Assembly: GCA_016192545.1 (NCBI GenBank)
Contig: JACPTX010000018.1
Coordinates: 1-53,891 of the forward strand
DNA length: 53,891 nucleotides
Source of the DNA: Candidatus Omnitrophota bacterium
GTDB taxonomy: Bacteria > Omnitrophota > Gorgyraeia > Aquiviventales > Aquiviventaceae
Direction: 5' to 3'
A program made the position numbers and the translations under genes. The notes under the pieces were generated by a model that had not been told where the DNA came from, did not search any database, and saw only the letters and a list, made by a program, of their open reading frames with translations. The number at the start of each line of letters is the position of its first letter. Positions within the stretch are counted from its first letter, which is position 1. Shown here in pieces: positions 20,450 to 29,775 of this stretch.

Positions 20450-21583
20450 ATGGCAGGCCGCCGGCTGTTGCTCATGCATGTCACGACGAGCTCCGGCCAC
20501 CACCATGCCAGCCGGGCGATCGCCCAGGCCCTCCAGCGGCTCGACCCTGCCTGCCAGATCATCAACGTGGACGCGTTCGACTACACGAGCCGCTTCGTCC
20601 GCTGGGCGATCCAGCGTTCCTACCACTCGCTGATCCGCCATTACCCCAACGTCTGGGAATACCTCTACGATAACCCGGAGATCCACCGGCACACGCAGCG
20701 CATCCGCAATCTCCTCCATCGCTACCACACCCGCAAGCTCCGCCGGCTCCTCGAGACGGTCCAGCCCCACGCCATCGCCTGCACGCAGGCCTTTCCCTGC
20801 GGGATGGTGGCGGACTTCAAGCTTCACCGCGGGCTCCACATCCCGCTCGTCGGGATCCTCACCGACTACGCCCCCCACCTGTACTGGCTCCACGATACGA
20901 TTGACGCCTATGTGGTGCCGGCCCATGAGCTCAAGGAGCGGTTCCTGTCCTACGGGGTGCCGGAGGACCGGCTCCGCGTGTACGGGATTCCGGTGGAGCC
21001 GCGCTTCCTGGATCCGGTCGACCGCCGGGCGGTCTACGCGGAGTTCGGGCTGGAGCCGGACCAGCCCGTCGTGCTCATCATGGGCGGGGGCAGCGGCTTC
21101 GGGCCGATGCGCGAAACGATGCAACACCTGGATGCGCTAGAGGCGCCCTGTCAGCTCGTCGTGTTGGCGGGGACCAACCGCGCGCTCCTGGACTGGTTCT
21201 CCCGCCAGCGCTTCCGGCATCCCGTCCACGCCTTCGGCTATGTGGAGGCCGTGCCGCAGCTGATGGAGATCGCCAGCCTCATCATCACCAAGCCCGGCGG
21301 CCTGACGACCGCCGAGGCGCTGGCCAAGCACCTGCCGATGGTGATCCTCAGTCCCATCCCCGGCCAGGAGATGTGCAACGCGCGCTACCTACTGGACCAG
21401 GGCGCGGCGATCCAGTTGGATGGGCCCCAGTCCGTCGGCCGCCACGTGGGTCGGCTGCTGCGGGATCCTCAGGCGCTGCAGGCCGTCCGGGAGCGCGCCG
21501 CGGCCATCGCCCACCCGGACTCGGCGGCGCAGACCGCGCAGCTGTTGTTGGAGCTGGCGGCCCGGCATCGGAACGGTCCATGA
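20450..21583 (+). CDS. Diacylglycerol glycosyltransferase-like protein (MGDG-synthase / GT28 family)
   Basis: LLLMHVTTSSGHHHASRAIAQAL...ITKPGGLTTAEALAKHLPMV. ATG 20450 lies within track ORF 19493..21583. Confidence 0.7.
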   Translation: MAGRRLLLMHVTTSSGHHHASRAIAQALQRLDPACQIINVDAFDYTSRFVRWAIQRSYHSLIRHYPNVWEYLYDNPEIHRHTQRIRNLLHRYHTRKLRRLLETVQPHAIACTQAFPCGMVADFKLHRGLHIPLVGILTDYAPHLYWLHDTIDAYVVPAHELKERFLSYGVPEDRLRVYGIPVEPRFLDPVDRRAVYAEFGLEPDQPVVLIMGGGSGFGPMRETMQHLDALEAPCQLVVLAGTNRALLDWFSRQRFRHPVHAFGYVEAVPQLMEIASLIITKPGGLTTAEALAKHLPMVILSPIPGQEMCNARYLLDQGAAIQLDGPQSVGRHVGRLLRDPQALQAVRERAAAIAHPDSAAQTAQLLLELAARHRNGP

Positions 21584-21653
21584 CCCATTCGCCGCGGCCT
21601 TCGGCCTTGCTCAGGGTCATGGTGAGCGAGCGAGAGCGAGTCGAACCATGAGC
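21581..21653 (+). repeat. Stop-to-start intergenic cassette, copy 2
   Basis: TGACCCATTCG..CTTGCTCAGGGTCATGGTGAGC..GTCGAACCATGAGC. Its TGA is the stop of the upstream glycosyltransferase and its ATG (21648) is the acyltransferase start. Confidence 0.85.
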
Positions 21654-22538
21654 AGCCCGGCATGGGCGTATGCCGCCATCCAGGGGCTGACGGCCGTCCT
21701 GCCCCGGTCCTCCTGCGAATGGATCGCCGAGCGGCTGGCGGATGCGCAGTGCCGGCGGGCCGCGCATGACCGCGAGGCCGTCCGCGCCAACCTCTCGCTT
21801 CTCCTCAACCGGCGTCTGCCGGCGGATGCGCCGGAGATTCGCGAGGTGTTCCGCCAGTTCGCGCAGTATCTGCTCGAATTTCTGAGCGCGCACCGCGCGC
21901 GCAGCTCGAGCAGGGTCGAGGAGACCGCGGCCGTGACGGCCGGGCTGCGGCCCGGGCAGGGCGCCGTCATTCTGAGCGCGCACCTGGGCAACTGGGAGCT
22001 TGGGGCGGTCGCGCTGCATCGGGCGGGATGCCGGATGAGCGTGGTGGCGCTGCCGCACGGGAACCCGCGCGTCAATGAGATCTTTGAGGGCCAGCGCCGC
22101 CGCTGCGGGGTCGAGGTGATTCCGCTGGCCGCGCGGGGCTCGACGGCGCGGTGTCTGCAGCGGCTGCGCGAGGGCTGGCTGCTCGGCATCCTGGGCGACC
22201 GGGAATTCGGCCGCAACGGCATCCCCGTGACGTTCCTGGACCGGGTGTGCCTCCTGCCGAAGGGGCCGGCGCTGTTGAGCCTCCGCAGCGGGGCGCCGGC
22301 CGTGCCGGTGTTCGTGATGCGCGAAGGCCCGTGGCGCTTGCGGTTCCATGTCGAGCCGCCCATCCCGCCCTCGTTGGCCCGCGGCAAAGCGGATCCGGTG
22401 CAGTGCCTGACGCAGCTCTATGCCCAGAGCATCGAGCGCATGGTCCGCCGGTTCCCGACCCAGTGGGTGATGTTCCAGCCGTTCTCCTCGATCACGGCCC
22501 CGACGGCCGTCGGGGCGGCCGTGTCGGAAGCTCGCTAA
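21648..22538 (+). CDS. Lysophospholipid / lipid A biosynthesis (LpxL-HtrB family) acyltransferase
   Basis: GAVILSAHLGNWELGA...GDREFGRNGIPVTFL, the family-typical H(x)4-like region. Confidence 0.65.
   Translation: MSSPAWAYAAIQGLTAVLPRSSCEWIAERLADAQCRRAAHDREAVRANLSLLLNRRLPADAPEIREVFRQFAQYLLEFLSAHRARSSSRVEETAAVTAGLRPGQGAVILSAHLGNWELGAVALHRAGCRMSVVALPHGNPRVNEIFEGQRRRCGVEVIPLAARGSTARCLQRLREGWLLGILGDREFGRNGIPVTFLDRVCLLPKGPALLSLRSGAPAVPVFVMREGPWRLRFHVEPPIPPSLARGKADPVQCLTQLYAQSIERMVRRFPTQWVMFQPFSSITAPTAVGAAVSEAR
22498..22515. repeat. 18-bp perfect palindrome CCCCGACGGCCGTCGGGG (PTAVG) near the acyltransferase C-terminus
   Basis: Direct reading: APTAVGAAV. Confidence 0.9.
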
Positions 22539-23200
22539 TGCGCGCCTGCGTCGTGATCCCGGCCTATAACGCGGCGGACACGCTGGAGCCGCTGGTGCGG
22601 CAGATCAAGGCGATGGGATTGGATGTGGTCGTGGTGAACGACGGCTCCACCGATCGCACGGCCCAGGCGATGACCGAGGCCGGGACCATGCTGATCAGCC
22701 ATCTGGCGAACGAGGGCAAGGGCGCCGCGCTGCGCTCGGGGTTCGCCTTTGCCGTGGCGGCCGGGTATGACGCCGTCGTCACGATGGACAGCGACGGCCA
22801 GCATGGCCCTGCAGACCTCCCGCCGTTGCTGGACGCCGCCGCGCAGTCCGGCGCCGGGATCGTCGTCGGCGACCGGATGTCGAGCGGCGCGCCGATGCCG
22901 CTCGCGCGGCGATGGACCAACCGCGTGATGTCATGCCTCGTTTCTGCGCTGACCCGGCAGCGCATCCCGGATTCCCAGTGCGGCCTCCGCGTGATCCGGC
23001 GGGACGTGCTGGCGGCCGTCCGGCTGCGCACGCGCCGGTTCGAGATCGAAAGCGAAGTGCTGCTGGCCGCGGCGCGCGCCGGCTGGGCCATCGACTCCGT
23101 GCCGATCCGCGCGATCTACGACCGTCATCGCAGCCACATCCGGCCTCTTCAGGACGGCGTGCGATTCCTGCGTCTCATCGTCCGCTACCTGCTGCCATGA
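22538..23200 (+). CDS. Family 2 glycosyltransferase (polyprenol-phosphate sugar transferase-like)
   Basis: VVIPAYNAADTLEPLV...VVVVNDGSTDRT...MDSDGQH. Confidence 0.8.
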   Translation: MRACVVIPAYNAADTLEPLVRQIKAMGLDVVVVNDGSTDRTAQAMTEAGTMLISHLANEGKGAALRSGFAFAVAAGYDAVVTMDSDGQHGPADLPPLLDAAAQSGAGIVVGDRMSSGAPMPLARRWTNRVMSCLVSALTRQRIPDSQCGLRVIRRDVLAAVRLRTRRFEIESEVLLAAARAGWAIDSVPIRAIYDRHRSHIRPLQDGVRFLRLIVRYLLP

Positions 23201-23847
23201 GTATCGAGGCGCAGCGCCGTCAGATGGTGAAAGAGCAGCTGCAGCTGCGCGGCATCACGGACCCGCGCGTCCTCCAGGCCTTCCTCACCGTTCCCCGGCA
23301 CCTGTTTGTCCCCCGGGAGCATGCCGGGGCGGCCTACGAGGATCATCCGATCCCGATCGGGGGCGGCCAGACGATCAGCCAGCCGTACATGGTGGCGCTC
23401 ATGACGCAGCTGCTGCGGCTCCAGGGCCACGAACGGGTCCTGGAGGTGGGCACCGGCTCAGGGTATCAGCTGGCGATTCTGGCGGAGCTGGCGCTGGAGG
23501 TCTACTCGATTGACCGCCTGCCGGAGCTCGCGCAGGACGCGTTCGGGCGCCTGGAGCATCTGGGCTATCTCAACGTCTACGGGCGGGTCGGCAACGGGGC
23601 GCTGGGCTGGCCGGAGCACGCCCCGTACAACGGGATCGTCGTCGCCGCCGCCGCCCCGGAGGTGCCGCCGCCGCTCCTCGACCAGCTGGCGGATGCCGGG
23701 CGGCTGGTGATTCCGCTGGGCTCTCAGCAGGCGCAGATGCTGACCCTCCTGGAGCGGCGCGGCGCGCGGGTGGACCGGACCGAGATCACGAGCTGCGTCT
23801 TCGTCCCGTTGCTGGGAGAATATGGCTGGCCGTTGCAGGAATTCTGA
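23197..23847 (+). CDS. pcm: Protein-L-isoaspartate O-methyltransferase
   Basis: VPRHLFVP...PIPIGGGQTISQPYMVALMTQLL...VLEVGTGSGYQ. Confidence 0.93.
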   Translation: MSIEAQRRQMVKEQLQLRGITDPRVLQAFLTVPRHLFVPREHAGAAYEDHPIPIGGGQTISQPYMVALMTQLLRLQGHERVLEVGTGSGYQLAILAELALEVYSIDRLPELAQDAFGRLEHLGYLNVYGRVGNGALGWPEHAPYNGIVVAAAAPEVPPPLLDQLADAGRLVIPLGSQQAQMLTLLERRGARVDRTEITSCVFVPLLGEYGWPLQEF

Positions 23848-23855
23848 GTGAGCAC

Positions 23856-24536
23856 ATGGACCGCACCCTCGCCGTCGCCTTCTGCGTGTCGCTGGCCTGC
23901 CACCTCGTGCTCTTGGGGTTTCAGGTGGTGGATCTGCGCTGGCTGACCCCGACGAAGGAGAATGCGCTGATGGATGTCATCTACGAATACCAGATCGCCG
24001 AGGAGGAGCTGCGCCGGCTGCAGCGGCAGCTCGCCGATCTCGGCGAGGGGCCGAAGCTCACGGATGCCTCCGGCGCGCCGAGCACCGCGCCGGGGCTGTC
24101 CAATGCCTTGTCGCAGATCAGGATTCCCGAGCGGCCGATTGCGGCCCTCAGCGCGCTGCCGCCGGAGACCAGCGCCACGCGGTCCGCGGTCGTGGACCTG
24201 ACGAATCTCGTGGAGGCGGCCCGGGGCGATCCGGTCCTCCTGAGCTACTTCAGCGCCATCCGCGAGCAGATTCAGCGCACCGCGAATCAGCAGACCTGGC
24301 TGACGAGCGAGGTCGACGCGCAGGGGCTGGTCTACGTGGCGTTCGTGCTGGCCGCCTCAGGCCGGGTCCACTCGGTGACGGTGCTGGGTGACCGCTCCGC
24401 CCCCTCGCGGCTCCTCCATGACATCGCGCTGAGAATCATCAAAACCGCCAACCCCTTCGCCCCGTTTCCGCCCTCCCTGGGCGGCGAATCCTCCAAGACC
24501 GTCGTGGTCCCCCTGGAATTCCTCCGCGGCAGGTAG
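23856..24536 (+). CDS. TonB C-terminal-domain membrane protein
   Basis: N-terminal TM helix. The C-terminus, GLVYVAFVLAASGRVHSVTVL...PFAPFP, is TonB_C-like. Confidence 0.55.
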   Translation: MDRTLAVAFCVSLACHLVLLGFQVVDLRWLTPTKENALMDVIYEYQIAEEELRRLQRQLADLGEGPKLTDASGAPSTAPGLSNALSQIRIPERPIAALSALPPETSATRSAVVDLTNLVEAARGDPVLLSYFSAIREQIQRTANQQTWLTSEVDAQGLVYVAFVLAASGRVHSVTVLGDRSAPSRLLHDIALRIIKTANPFAPFPPSLGGESSKTVVVPLEFLRGR

Positions 24537-24538
24537 GG

Positions 24539-24567
24539 TTGACACCCTCGCCGGACTCCCGTATAAT
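24539..24567 (+). promoter_or_regulatory. Consensus sigma-70 promoter for rpsU
   Basis: TTGACA (24539-24544), 17-nt spacer, TATAAT (24562-24567). GGAG RBS at 24587-24590. Confidence 0.75.
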
Positions 24568-24599
24568 CAAATCCTTCTTACTCATTCGGAGACAAGCTG

Positions 24600-24782
24600 A
24601 TGTCACGCGTCGAGATCCGGGATGACGAGCCTCTCGAGAAGGCGCTGCGGCGCTTCAAGCGCCTGATCGAGCGCGAGGGCATCCTCAAAGCCGTCAAGGC
24701 CAAAAAGCACTACGAGAAACCGAGCGAGCGCAAGCGCCGTCAGATGCGCCAGGCCATCAGCCGCCGCGCCCGCTCCGCGTAA
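24600..24782 (+). CDS. rpsU: 30S ribosomal protein S21
   Basis: 60 aa: ALRRFKRLIEREGILKAVKAKKHYEKPSERKRR. Confidence 0.93.
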   Translation: MSRVEIRDDEPLEKALRRFKRLIEREGILKAVKAKKHYEKPSERKRRQMRQAISRRARSA

Positions 24783-24869
24783 CGCGGCCGGTACTCCGCG
24801 TCGCGCACGGGGCAGACGGCCGTCTCCCGCGCACGCTTGAACCTCATACCAGTTTCCGCCTCATAGATC

Positions 24870-27503
24870 ATGATGGGCATACGAAGGGCGGGTCTGTCCG
24901 TACTCCTGAGTCTGATGCTGAGTCTCACTGCCGGGTCGACAAGCGGGTTCGCGAAGGAGCCCGGGTCCGCCCCCGCCGTCCCGGCGGGGCGCTCGCCGTT
25001 CGGCGCGGTCCGGCAGACCCTGCTCGACAACGGCCTGGCCGTCGTCTGGGAGCAAGACCCTCGCCAGGGCCTCGTCGCCATTGAGGTCCGGATCCTCGGC
25101 GGCCTGCGCGGGGAGGGCCGCTTCCTGGGCAGCGGCATCACCCACGCCATCGAGCACATGCTCTTCAAGGGCACGACCTCCCGCGCGCCCGGCACCATCG
25201 AGCAGGAAGTCCGTCGCTACGGCGGCACCATCAACGCCTTCACCTCGCACGATTACACCGGCGTCAACCTCTTCGTGGAGTCCCGCTTCCTCAAGGACGC
25301 GCTGGGGATGCTGGCCGACATCCTCCAGCATGCGACGTTTCCCGAGGAGGAGTTCGCCAAGGAACGGCCGGTCATCGTCTCCGAGATCCAGATGAATCTC
25401 GATGACCCGGAGCGCCGCGTGCATCAGCTGTTCTGGAACCGCCAGTTCCTCCTCCACCCCTACCGCCATCCCATCCTCGGCTACCAGCCGCTGCTGGAGC
25501 GGCTGACCGCCGAGGATCTGCGGAGCTTCTACGTCGCCCAGTACGTCCCGAACAACATCGTCCTGGCCTGCGTCGGCGACCTGGACGGCGCGGCGTTCCC
25601 CGCGCTCGTCCGCGAGGTCTTCGGGGCCTGGCCGCGCGGCGCGCCGTACACGGTGCCGGTGGCTGAGGAGCCGCCGGCCGTCAGCGTCAAGCAGGCGCAG
25701 GAAGAGCTGCCGGTGCAGGCGGCCTATACCATCATCGGCTTCCCCTCGGTTCGGCTGGCGCATCCGGATCTCTACGCCCTGGATGTGCTCGCCAGCGTGC
25801 TGGGGCACGGGCGCAGCTCGCGGCTGCACGAGGCGCTGGTGCGCGTCAAGCGGGTCGCCCACGGCGTCGGCGCAGGGAACTACACGCCGCTGGATCCCGG
25901 CGCGTTCACGGTCTCGATGCGCACGGATGGCGGGCGCGCCGCCGAAGCGGTGGAGGCGGCGCTGCAGGTGGTGGAGGAGGTCGCCCGCAAGGGCGTGTCG
26001 GAGGCCGAGCTGCAGAAGACGAAACGGCAGGTCACCGCGGAATTCATCTTCCGCCATCAGACCGTCGAGTCGAAAGCGGATGATTACGCCAGCTCCTATG
26101 CGCTCACCGGCGATCCGACCTATTCGAATCGTTATGTGCAGGGCATTTCGCAGGTGACGGCCGAGCAGGTCCAGCAGGCCGCCCGCCGGTATCTGGACCG
26201 CGCGAAGATGACCGTGGTCACGATCCAGCCCTCAGGCACCGCGCCGGCTCGTCCCTCCGAGGCCGTCTGGGCGCCGCCGACCGCCACGAAGACGGTGCTG
26301 CCCAACGGCCTGACCGTGCTGCTGAGCGAGCAGCGCCGATTGCCGATGGCGGCCATTGTCGCGGTCAGCCGCGGCGGGGTGCGCGTCGAAACGGACGGCA
26401 CGCAGGGGCTGTCCAATCTCGTGAGCCAGCTCTTGGTGAAGGGGACCAGCCGCAAGACCGCGACGCAGATCGCGACGCAGGTCGAGTCGCTGGGCGGCAT
26501 CCTGGAGCCGTTCAGCGGGCGCGACGGGCTGGGGCTGTCCCTGCAAGTGCTGGCGGAGGATCTGCCGGTCGGGCTGGACCTGGTGCATGAGCTGCTCACC
26601 GACGCGGCGTTTCCGAAGGACGAACTCGAGCTGCAGCGGCAGCTGATCCTCAAGGAGCTCGACGCGCGGGAGGATGATGTCTTTGACGTCGGCGGCCGTC
26701 TGCTGCGCCGGACCCTGTTCACCACGCATCCGTACCGGTTTGATCCCTTGGGGAGCAAGGAGGCGGTGACCCGCCTCACGCGCGAGGAGTGCCTGGCCTT
26801 CGCGCGCCGGTGGCTGGTCGCGAAGAATCTCGTCGTGGCCGTCTTCGGGGACCTCCAGCCCGACGCGGTGCAGCGCGCGATCCGGCAGCGCTTCGGCAGC
26901 ATGCCGCCCGGCGATGCGCCGTGGCCCCAGACGCTGTCCGACAGCCCGCTCGACGGCGCGCGGCAGGCCTCGCAGGTCCTGCCGAAAGAGCAGACCGTCA
27001 TCTTCATCGGATTCCGCGGCACCCAGGCGACCGCCGAGGACCGCGACGCGCTCGACGTGCTGACCTCGATTTTGTCCGGCATGAGCGGGCGGCTGTTCCA
27101 GGCGGTCCGCGAGCAGCAGGGGCTGTCCTACACGCTGGGCGCCTTCAACGTGCCGGGATGGGATCCCGGCTATGTGGCGGTGTATGCCGCGACCCGCCCC
27201 GGCGAGCGCGCCCAGGTGCTCGACACCATCCAGACGCAGCTGCGCGAGGTCGTGGAGCGCGGCGTCACCGGCGAGGAGTTGGACCAGGCTCAGCGCTATC
27301 TCATCGGCCATCACCGGATGGAGCTCCAGCATCTGGGGAGCCTGGCGCGCCGCGCCGCGCTCGATGAGCTCTACGGGCTGGGGGCGGATGCGTGGACGAC
27401 ATACGAAGCGCGCATCAACGCGGTCACGGCCGAGCAGGTCCAGGAGGCGGCCCGCCGCTATCTGCAATGGTCGCATCGGGCGGAGGTCGTCGTGGCCCCG
27501 TGA
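24870..27503 (+). CDS. Secreted tandem M16 (pitrilysin-family) zinc peptidase
   Basis: 877 aa with a signal-like N-terminus. HAIEHMLFKG (HxxEH), then a second M16-like half. Confidence 0.85.
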   Translation: MMGIRRAGLSVLLSLMLSLTAGSTSGFAKEPGSAPAVPAGRSPFGAVRQTLLDNGLAVVWEQDPRQGLVAIEVRILGGLRGEGRFLGSGITHAIEHMLFKGTTSRAPGTIEQEVRRYGGTINAFTSHDYTGVNLFVESRFLKDALGMLADILQHATFPEEEFAKERPVIVSEIQMNLDDPERRVHQLFWNRQFLLHPYRHPILGYQPLLERLTAEDLRSFYVAQYVPNNIVLACVGDLDGAAFPALVREVFGAWPRGAPYTVPVAEEPPAVSVKQAQEELPVQAAYTIIGFPSVRLAHPDLYALDVLASVLGHGRSSRLHEALVRVKRVAHGVGAGNYTPLDPGAFTVSMRTDGGRAAEAVEAALQVVEEVARKGVSEAELQKTKRQVTAEFIFRHQTVESKADDYASSYALTGDPTYSNRYVQGISQVTAEQVQQAARRYLDRAKMTVVTIQPSGTAPARPSEAVWAPPTATKTVLPNGLTVLLSEQRRLPMAAIVAVSRGGVRVETDGTQGLSNLVSQLLVKGTSRKTATQIATQVESLGGILEPFSGRDGLGLSLQVLAEDLPVGLDLVHELLTDAAFPKDELELQRQLILKELDAREDDVFDVGGRLLRRTLFTTHPYRFDPLGSKEAVTRLTREECLAFARRWLVAKNLVVAVFGDLQPDAVQRAIRQRFGSMPPGDAPWPQTLSDSPLDGARQASQVLPKEQTVIFIGFRGTQATAEDRDALDVLTSILSGMSGRLFQAVREQQGLSYTLGAFNVPGWDPGYVAVYAATRPGERAQVLDTIQTQLREVVERGVTGEELDQAQRYLIGHHRMELQHLGSLARRAALDELYGLGADAWTTYEARINAVTAEQVQEAARRYLQWSHRAEVVVAP

Positions 27504-27580
27504 CCCCCCTGCTTTCTTGCGAAAGCAAGAAGGGGGGTCCGGGACTGAGTCCTGAAAATCGCGTTCGCGCGATTTCTCAG
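27504..27580. repeat. Two adjacent palindromic hairpin elements after the peptidase stop
   Basis: CCCCCCT..TCTTGC-GAAA-GCAAGA..AGGGGGG (27504-27537) and CTGAAAATCGCG-TTCG-CGCGATTTCTCAG (27552-27580). No clear T-tract follows. Confidence 0.65.
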
Positions 27581-27615
27581 GGCTCCCGCGAACGGCCGCT
27601 AGGACAGCCGTTGAC

Positions 27616-28035
27616 ATGAGCGAGCCGACGCAGAAAAAAGTCGACGAGTCGTGGAAGGAGCAGGTCGAGCGGGAGAAACAGGAGCCCGCGGCCGCCCCGG
27701 CAGCCCCGTCCGGCCAGGCGCCCGTGGAAGCCGCCGCAGGGGAGGCCGCGGAGCCTGCGGCGGGTGGACCGGAGCAGGAGCGCGGGCTGCCGGAAGCCCG
27801 GTTCGACCTCTTCGTCTCCGGCCTGGCGATGGACGCGCTCATTGCGCTGGGCGACATCCCGCATCCGGTGACGAAGAAGCCGATGCCCAACCTGGAGCAC
27901 GCGCGCTACCTGATCGACCTGCTGGGCGTGCTGGGGGAGAAAACGCGCGGCAACCTCTCGGTGGACGAGGAACGGCTGTTGAAGGACGCGCTCTACCAGC
28001 TGCGCACCCGCTACCTCGCGAAATCCGGCGGCTGA
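27616..28035 (+). CDS. DUF1844-like protein
   Basis: 139 aa: FDLFVSGLAMDALIALGDIPHPVTKKPMPNLEHARYLIDLL. Confidence 0.55.
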   Translation: MSEPTQKKVDESWKEQVEREKQEPAAAPAAPSGQAPVEAAAGEAAEPAAGGPEQERGLPEARFDLFVSGLAMDALIALGDIPHPVTKKPMPNLEHARYLIDLLGVLGEKTRGNLSVDEERLLKDALYQLRTRYLAKSGG

Positions 28036-28036
28036 C

Positions 28037-29095
28037 ATGTGGGCGATGGCGTTCGTGCTCGTGGCGGTGGGGGTGCTCGCCTATCTCTTGGTGAGCCGAG
28101 CCGCCATGTTGAAGGCCGCCGCGGAGCAGCTGAACGCCGAGCTCAAGCAATTTAAGGAGGGCGGATTCGACCAGCTGATTGCGGAGAAGCTGGCGCTCCT
28201 GACCAACAAGGCGATGCAGGAGCTCGAGAGCCGGGAAAAGGCGATCCGGCAGGTTCAGCAGGACTTGCTCGAGGAAGGGAAAAAGGCGACGGCGGCCGCG
28301 GAAAAGTTCAAGCAGGACTTCGGCGCCGTCACGACCGAGATCCACAGTCTTCAGGAGCTGCAGGGCAAGGTCGGGGAGCTGAACGATTTGCTGAAGCCGC
28401 AACAGCTGCGCGGGGAGCTGGGCGAGGTGATCGTGCGCAACCTCCTGGCGGACAAACTGCCGAGGCAGTACGAGGAGGACTATGCGTTTTCGGACGGCAA
28501 GAGGGTCGAGTTCGTCGTCCGGATCAACGACCGACTCATCCCGGTGGACTCCAAGCTGCAACTGGAAGACTTTAAGCGTTTACGCGAAGCGGAGGAGCCC
28601 CAGCGTCAGGCCTATCGGGCGGAATTCAAGCGAAAGGTCAAGCAGAAGATTGATGAGGTGAAGGCGTACATCCGTCCGGAGGAGGGGACCATGAATTTCG
28701 CGCTGATGTTCATCCCCTCCGAGGCGGTGTTCTACGAGCTGATCGCCAACAAGGATTTCCTTGAGGGCGGCGGGCTGTACGAGTACGCGCAGGAGCAGCG
28801 CGTCTTCCTGACCTCGCCGCTGACATTCTGGGTGTACTTGACGACGATCGCCCAGGGGCTGAAGGGTTTGGAGATCGAGCGCCGGGCCGAGGACGTGCTC
28901 TCGGCGTTGCAGGCGCTCGCCGCGGAGATCCGCAACTTCTCGCAGGATGAATTCCGCAAAGTGGGCGTGCACCTGCGCAACGCGACCGCGCAGTACGATG
29001 AGGCTGAACGCACGCTTCGCACGGTTGAGCAGGGGCTCGGGACACTGGAGCGGGTGGAGTCGTCTCCGGCCCAACAGGAAGGAGCCACACGATGA
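28037..29095 (+). CDS. rmuC: DNA recombination protein RmuC
   Basis: N-terminal TM and coiled coil, then GELGEVIVRNLL...VEFVVRINDRLIPVDSK...FALMFIPSEAVF. Confidence 0.85.
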   Translation: MWAMAFVLVAVGVLAYLLVSRAAMLKAAAEQLNAELKQFKEGGFDQLIAEKLALLTNKAMQELESREKAIRQVQQDLLEEGKKATAAAEKFKQDFGAVTTEIHSLQELQGKVGELNDLLKPQQLRGELGEVIVRNLLADKLPRQYEEDYAFSDGKRVEFVVRINDRLIPVDSKLQLEDFKRLREAEEPQRQAYRAEFKRKVKQKIDEVKAYIRPEEGTMNFALMFIPSEAVFYELIANKDFLEGGGLYEYAQEQRVFLTSPLTFWVYLTTIAQGLKGLEIERRAEDVLSALQALAAEIRNFSQDEFRKVGVHLRNATAQYDEAERTLRTVEQGLGTLERVESSPAQQEGATR

Positions 29096-29262
29096 TCGAC
29101 CAGAAGCTCTTGGAGATCCTGGCATGTCCGGCGTGCAAGACCCCCGTGAGACTGGAGGGGGAGAAGCTCGTCTGCACCCAGTGCGGGCGCCGCTATCCCA
29201 TCCGCGACGGGATCCCCGTCATGCTGATCGAAGAAGCTGAGCTTCCGCCAGGCCCATCGTGA
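29092..29262 (+). CDS. Trm112-family small zinc-ribbon protein
   Basis: Hand-translated 56 aa: MIDQKLLEILACPACKTPVRLEGEKLVCTQCGRRYPIRDGIPVMLIEEA. ATGA overlap with rmuC. Confidence 0.8.
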   Translation: MIDQKLLEILACPACKTPVRLEGEKLVCTQCGRRYPIRDGIPVMLIEEAELPPGPS

Positions 29263-29267
29263 GGCGG

Positions 29268-29741
29268 ATGAGGAAGATCCTTGTCATCCACGGGCCGAAC
29301 CTGCAGCTGCTGGGCGAGCGCCAGCCGCAGGTCTACGGCCGCCAGGACCTGGCGGCGGTCAACCGCCTGCTGCGCGCCACCGCCCGCCGGCGCGGCGTAG
29401 GCGTGACCATCGTGCAGTCGAATCACGAGGGCGAGATCGTGGAGCTGATCGGCAGGGCCAAGCGCGCCTACCAGGCGCTGGTCATCAATCCTGCGGCCTA
29501 CACGCATACGAGCGTGGCGATCCGCGACGCGATTGAAGCCTCCGGCATCCCGGCGGTGGAGGTCCACCTGTCGAATATCTACGCCCGCGAGCCGTTCCGC
29601 CGGCATTCGCTCATCGCGCCGGTCTGCCGGGGGCAGGTCAGCGGCTTCGGGGTGACCAGCTACCGGCTGGGCCTCGAGGCGGCGGTCGAGCTCGCCCTGA
29701 GCGAGGCGAAGCCGAGTCGAAGGGCTCGCCGGGAGGGTTGA
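29268..29741 (+). CDS. aroQ: 3-dehydroquinate dehydratase, type II
   Basis: ILVIHGPNLQLLGERQPQVYG...NPAAYTHTSVAIRDA...VEVHLSNI. Confidence 0.94.
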   Translation: MRKILVIHGPNLQLLGERQPQVYGRQDLAAVNRLLRATARRRGVGVTIVQSNHEGEIVELIGRAKRAYQALVINPAAYTHTSVAIRDAIEASGIPAVEVHLSNIYAREPFRRHSLIAPVCRGQVSGFGVTSYRLGLEAAVELALSEAKPSRRARREG

Positions 29742-29767
29742 CCCTGATGAACCGCGTTGGGTACAAT
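29738..29767 (+). promoter_or_regulatory. Putative promoter giving a leaderless or near-leaderless efp mRNA
   Basis: TTGACC (29738-29743), 18 nt, TACAAT (29762-29767). The efp ATG at 29776 is only 9 nt after the -10 and has no SD. Confidence 0.5.
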
Positions 29768-29775
29768 GGTCACCC

